Assembly (NCBI GenBank): GCA_036390555.1
Contig: DASWBP010000031.1
Span: 1 to 44,607 of the forward strand
Reading direction: 5' to 3'
Source: Burkholderiales bacterium
GTDB lineage: Bacteria > Pseudomonadota > Gammaproteobacteria > Burkholderiales > SG8-39
Length of the DNA: 44,607 nt
The translations under genes and the position numbers were made by a program. The notes beneath the pieces were generated by a model. That model was given only the letters and a program-made list of their open reading frames with translations, was not told the origin of the DNA and searched no databases. Position 1 is the first letter of the stretch. Each line of letters opens with the position of its first letter. Of the stretch, positions 42,056 to 44,607 are shown piece after piece.

Positions 42056-43260
42056 GCGCAACGCCGACCCGGGAGCGCCCGCGGCGCATCCTGCCGGTCA
42101 TCATCGCTTCGCAGTTCGCCGGCGCCTCGCTGTGGTTTGCCGGCAACGCGGTGCTCTCCGACCTGCAGCGGCAATGGGACCTGCCTGCCGAGGCGCTCGG
42201 CTACACGACCTCGGCCGTGCAGCTCGGCTTCATTGCCGGCACGCTCGTGTTCGCCTTCCTCGCTGTTGCCGACCGCTTCTCGCCGCGCCTGGTGTTCTTC
42301 CTGTGCGCGCTTGCCGGCGCCGCCTTCAATGCCGCGCTGCTCGCTGCGGGGCCGAGCCTCGCCGCCCTGCTCGCGCTGCGCTTTGCCACCGGGTTCTTCC
42401 TCGCCGGCATCTATCCGGTGGGCATGAAGATCGCCTCGGGCTGGTTCCAGCGCGACCTGGGCAACGCGCTGGGGTTCCTGGTCGGGGCGCTCGTCGCGGG
42501 CACCGCCTTTCCGCACCTCGTGCGCGGCCTCGGCGGAGCGCTGCCCTGGCAGGGCGTGCTGCTCGCCGCCTCGGGCGTTGCGCTGCTTGGCGGGCTGGCG
42601 ATGCTGGCGCTGGTGCCCGACGGCCCGCACCTCGCCAAGGGGGCGCGCTTCGACCCGCGCGCGCTCGCCGCCATCTTCCGCGTGCGCGCCTTCCGCGCCT
42701 CCTCGTTCGGCTATTTCGGACATATGTGGGAGCTGTACGCGTTCTGGGCGTTCGTGCCCTGGATCCTCGGCGCGCACGCCGCCGCGGGCGGCGGCGGCCC
42801 GCTCGAGATCCCGCTGTGGAGCTTCGCCGTCATCGCCGCGGGCAGCCTGGGCTGCGTGCTCGGCGGCCTCGCGTCGCTGCGCCTCGGGAGCGCGCGCGTC
42901 GCCTTTGCCCAGCTCTCGGCCTCGGGCCTGTGCTGCCTCGCCTCGCCGCTACTGTTCCACGCGCCGACGCCGGTATTCCTCGCCTTTTTGCTATTCTGGG
43001 GCGTGGTGGTGGTCGGCGATTCCCCGCAGTTCTCGGCCCTGAACGCGCAGAGCGCGCCGCGAGAGCGCGTCGGCTCCGCGCTCACCATCGCCAACTGCAT
43101 CGGCTTCGGCATCACCATCTTCAGCATCGAGCTGCTCAACGCCCTCTCCGGCCGGATCGCGCCGCAGTGGCTGTTCCTGCTGCTCGCGCCGGGGCCGGCC
43201 CTCGGCCTCGCGGCGCTGCGGCCCCTGCTCGCGCGCGCGCCGGCGCACCCCGCGGCCTGA
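42052..43260 (+). CDS. MFS transporter (start codon uncertain)
   Basis: About 12 TM helices beginning with [22 protein letters not shown]. The frame has no in-frame ATG/GTG/TTG before TM1. Candidates are CTG 42052 (CTGA overlap with the proA stop), CTG 42091, or GTG 42151, which would delete TM1. Confidence 0.7.
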   Translation: MSATPTRERPRRILPVIIASQFAGASLWFAGNAVLSDLQRQWDLPAEALGYTTSAVQLGFIAGTLVFAFLAVADRFSPRLVFFLCALAGAAFNAALLAAGPSLAALLALRFATGFFLAGIYPVGMKIASGWFQRDLGNALGFLVGALVAGTAFPHLVRGLGGALPWQGVLLAASGVALLGGLAMLALVPDGPHLAKGARFDPRALAAIFRVRAFRASSFGYFGHMWELYAFWAFVPWILGAHAAAGGGGPLEIPLWSFAVIAAGSLGCVLGGLASLRLGSARVAFAQLSASGLCCLASPLLFHAPTPVFLAFLLFWGVVVVGDSPQFSALNAQSAPRERVGSALTIANCIGFGITIFSIELLNALSGRIAPQWLFLLLAPGPALGLAALRPLLARAPAHPAA

Positions 43261-43802
43261 TGGCGACCGGCATCCTTGGCGGCACTTTCGATCCGGTCCA
43301 CAACGCCCATCTGGAGATGGCGCGCGCCGCGCTCGAGGCCCTCGCGCTCGAGCGCATCCTGTGGATGCCGACCGGCGCGCCCAAGTACCGCGCGCCCGCG
43401 CGTGCAGCCGCGCATCACCGCGTCGCGATGCTCAGGCTCGCGTTGGAGGGCGAGCCGCGCTACGCGATCGACGAGCGCGAGCTCGCCCCCGGCCATTCCG
43501 GCTACACGGTGGACACGCTGAAGTCGCTCGGCTTTCGGCCGGTGCTGCTGCTCGGCGGCGACCAGTACGCGAAGCTCGAGACCTGGCACCGCTGGCGCGA
43601 GGTGCTCGAGCTCGCCGACATCGCCGTGTTCGCGCGCCCCGGCTATGCGGGGGCGGACGGCCGCGCGCGCTTCGTGCCCTTCGCGCCGCTCGCCATCTCC
43701 GCCTCGGAAATCCGTGCGCGCCTGGCGCGCGGCGCGGACGTTTCCGCCCTGGTGCCGCCGAAAGTGCTCGCCTACATCCGGCAACACAAGCTGTACGGCT
43801 GA
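43260..43802 (+). CDS. nadD: Nicotinate-nucleotide adenylyltransferase
   Basis: 180 aa. GGTFDPVHNAHL (the HxGH motif) and the ISASEIR motif. TGATG overlap with the MFS stop. Confidence 0.88.
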   Translation: MATGILGGTFDPVHNAHLEMARAALEALALERILWMPTGAPKYRAPARAAAHHRVAMLRLALEGEPRYAIDERELAPGHSGYTVDTLKSLGFRPVLLLGGDQYAKLETWHRWREVLELADIAVFARPGYAGADGRARFVPFAPLAISASEIRARLARGADVSALVPPKVLAYIRQHKLYG

Positions 43803-44194
43803 TGGACATCCGCAAGAAGCAGCGCGCCGTGGTCGATGCCCTGGAGGACGTGAAGGGGCGCGACATCGTGGTGTTCAATGTCGCCAAGCTCTCGCCCTTC
43901 TTCGAGCGCGTGGTGATCGCGAGCGGCGACTCCAGCCGCCAGGTGAAGGCGCTCGCCGACCACGTCGAGGACAAGATGCGCGCGCTCGGCGAGCGCGTGC
44001 GCGGCGTCGAGGGGCACGCGGGCGGCGAATGGGTGCTGGTGGATCTCGGCGACATCGTGGTGCACGTGATGCACCCGGCGGTGCGCAGCCACTACAACCT
44101 CGAAGAGCTCTGGGGCGGCAAGCCGGTCAAGCTCGCGGCGGCGGCGCCCAGGCGCGCGCGTGGCAAAGCTCGTCCTCGTCGCGCGCGGCGCTAG
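43802..44194 (+). CDS. rsfS: Ribosome silencing factor RsfS with a basic C-terminal extension
   Basis: 130 aa. Motifs DIVVFNV, FFERVVIASGDS.RQVKALA, WVLVD.GDIVVHVM and YNLEELW. Followed by about 25 extra Arg/Ala-rich residues. TGATG overlap with nadD. Confidence 0.85.
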   Translation: MDIRKKQRAVVDALEDVKGRDIVVFNVAKLSPFFERVVIASGDSSRQVKALADHVEDKMRALGERVRGVEGHAGGEWVLVDLGDIVVHVMHPAVRSHYNLEELWGGKPVKLAAAAPRRARGKARPRRARR

Positions 44195-44558
44195 GCTGCG
44201 CGGCTGGGCGGCCGAGGCGCGCGACCAGTACCTCTCGCGCATGCCGCGCGGCTATGCCGTCGACTGCCTGCCGCGCGCGCCGAAGGGCGCGCGCCTCGTC
44301 GCGCTCGACGAGCGCGGCAAGGACCTCAGCACGGCGCAGCTCGCCGCGCTGCTCGGGCGCTGGATGCGCGACGCGGCGCCGATCGCCTTCGTGATCGGCG
44401 GGCCGGACGGGCTGGATGCCCAGACCAGGAAGGACGCGGCATTGCTGCTGCGCCTCTCGGCGCTCACGCTGCCGCACGCGCTCGCGCAGGTGGTGCTTGC
44501 CGAGCAGCTGTATCGCGCGGCGACGCTGCTCACCGGGCACCCGTACCACCGAGAGTAG
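44160..44558 (+). CDS. rlmH: 23S rRNA (pseudouridine1915-N3)-methyltransferase RlmH (short form)
   Basis: 132 aa, GTG start. Has the SPOUT C-terminal knot motifs FVIGGPDGL, LSALTLPH and the terminal HPYHRE. Overlaps rsfS by 35 nt. Confidence 0.85.
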   Translation: MAKLVLVARGARLRGWAAEARDQYLSRMPRGYAVDCLPRAPKGARLVALDERGKDLSTAQLAALLGRWMRDAAPIAFVIGGPDGLDAQTRKDAALLLRLSALTLPHALAQVVLAEQLYRAATLLTGHPYHRE

Positions 44559-44588
44559 CCTGCTACACTCGGGCGCTCCGCAGCAGCC

Positions 44589-44607
44589 ATGGCGACCGCA
44601 TCCGGCA
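44589..44607 (+). CDS. Start of an unidentified ORF running off the right edge
   Basis: ATG 44589 (MATASG...) lies 30 nt after rlmH. Only 6 codons are visible and no clear SD precedes it. In related genomes maf often follows rlmH, but that cannot be judged here. Confidence 0.2.

Noticed and set aside
1-44607. tRNA, rRNA, riboswitch or sRNA genes in intergenic regions
   Set aside because: Only two gaps exceed 200 bp (6409..6664 and 31633..31843). Neither shows a cloverleaf-like arrangement, conserved riboswitch cores I recognise, or rRNA-like sequence. A covariance-model scan (Infernal/Rfam, tRNAscan-SE) would be needed to exclude small RNAs formally.

Overview
High-GC (roughly 70% by eye) chromosomal segment whose gene content and synteny look betaproteobacterial, probably Burkholderiales: orphan Bug/TctC binding proteins and a leuS-lptE-holA-proA ... 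nadD-rsfS-rlmH block. I count about 45 tightly packed CDS. Many start and stop codons overlap (ATGA, GTGA, TTGA, TGATG), and only two intergenic gaps exceed 200 bp. I found no rRNA, tRNA, CRISPR array, transposase, integrase or phage gene. Housekeeping genes: ttcA, cca, slt, ilvA, uvrD, leuS, lptE, holA, proA, nadD, rsfS, rlmH. Metabolic and transport genes: a ydcSTUV-patD putrescine/4-aminobutanal cluster in the same order as in E. coli, a gentisate-1,2-dioxygenase-type cupin, two GSTs, an acyl-CoA synthetase, a GNAT, two MFS transporters and a diheme cytochrome c. Candidates worth follow-up, all unproven: (1) At 396..2424, a class V aminotransferase carries an in-frame N-terminal Cro/YdaS-like HTH. 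It has an internal SD+ATG and sits behind a translationally coupled RHH + 62-aa coiled-coil pair, with two perfect operator-like palindromes, divergent from a TPP-enzyme/MFS/secreted cyclase-fold operon. (2) At 30907..36573, an envelope-associated cluster is bracketed by two FecR-domain paralogues, one fused to SPOR. It contains a membrane-anchored spermidine-synthase-like protein, a near passenger-less autotransporter-type barrel and a Bug protein. (3) A roughly 50-bp REP-like double palindrome (GGGGTCNGACCCC x2) occurs twice, each time filling a stop-to-start gap in the same orientation relative to transcription. (4) -10-like hexamers recur 6-10 nt upstream of start codons that lack a Shine-Dalgarno, suggesting leaderless mRNAs. 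All functional calls rest on my reading of the translated ORFs and remembered family signatures. No database search was possible.
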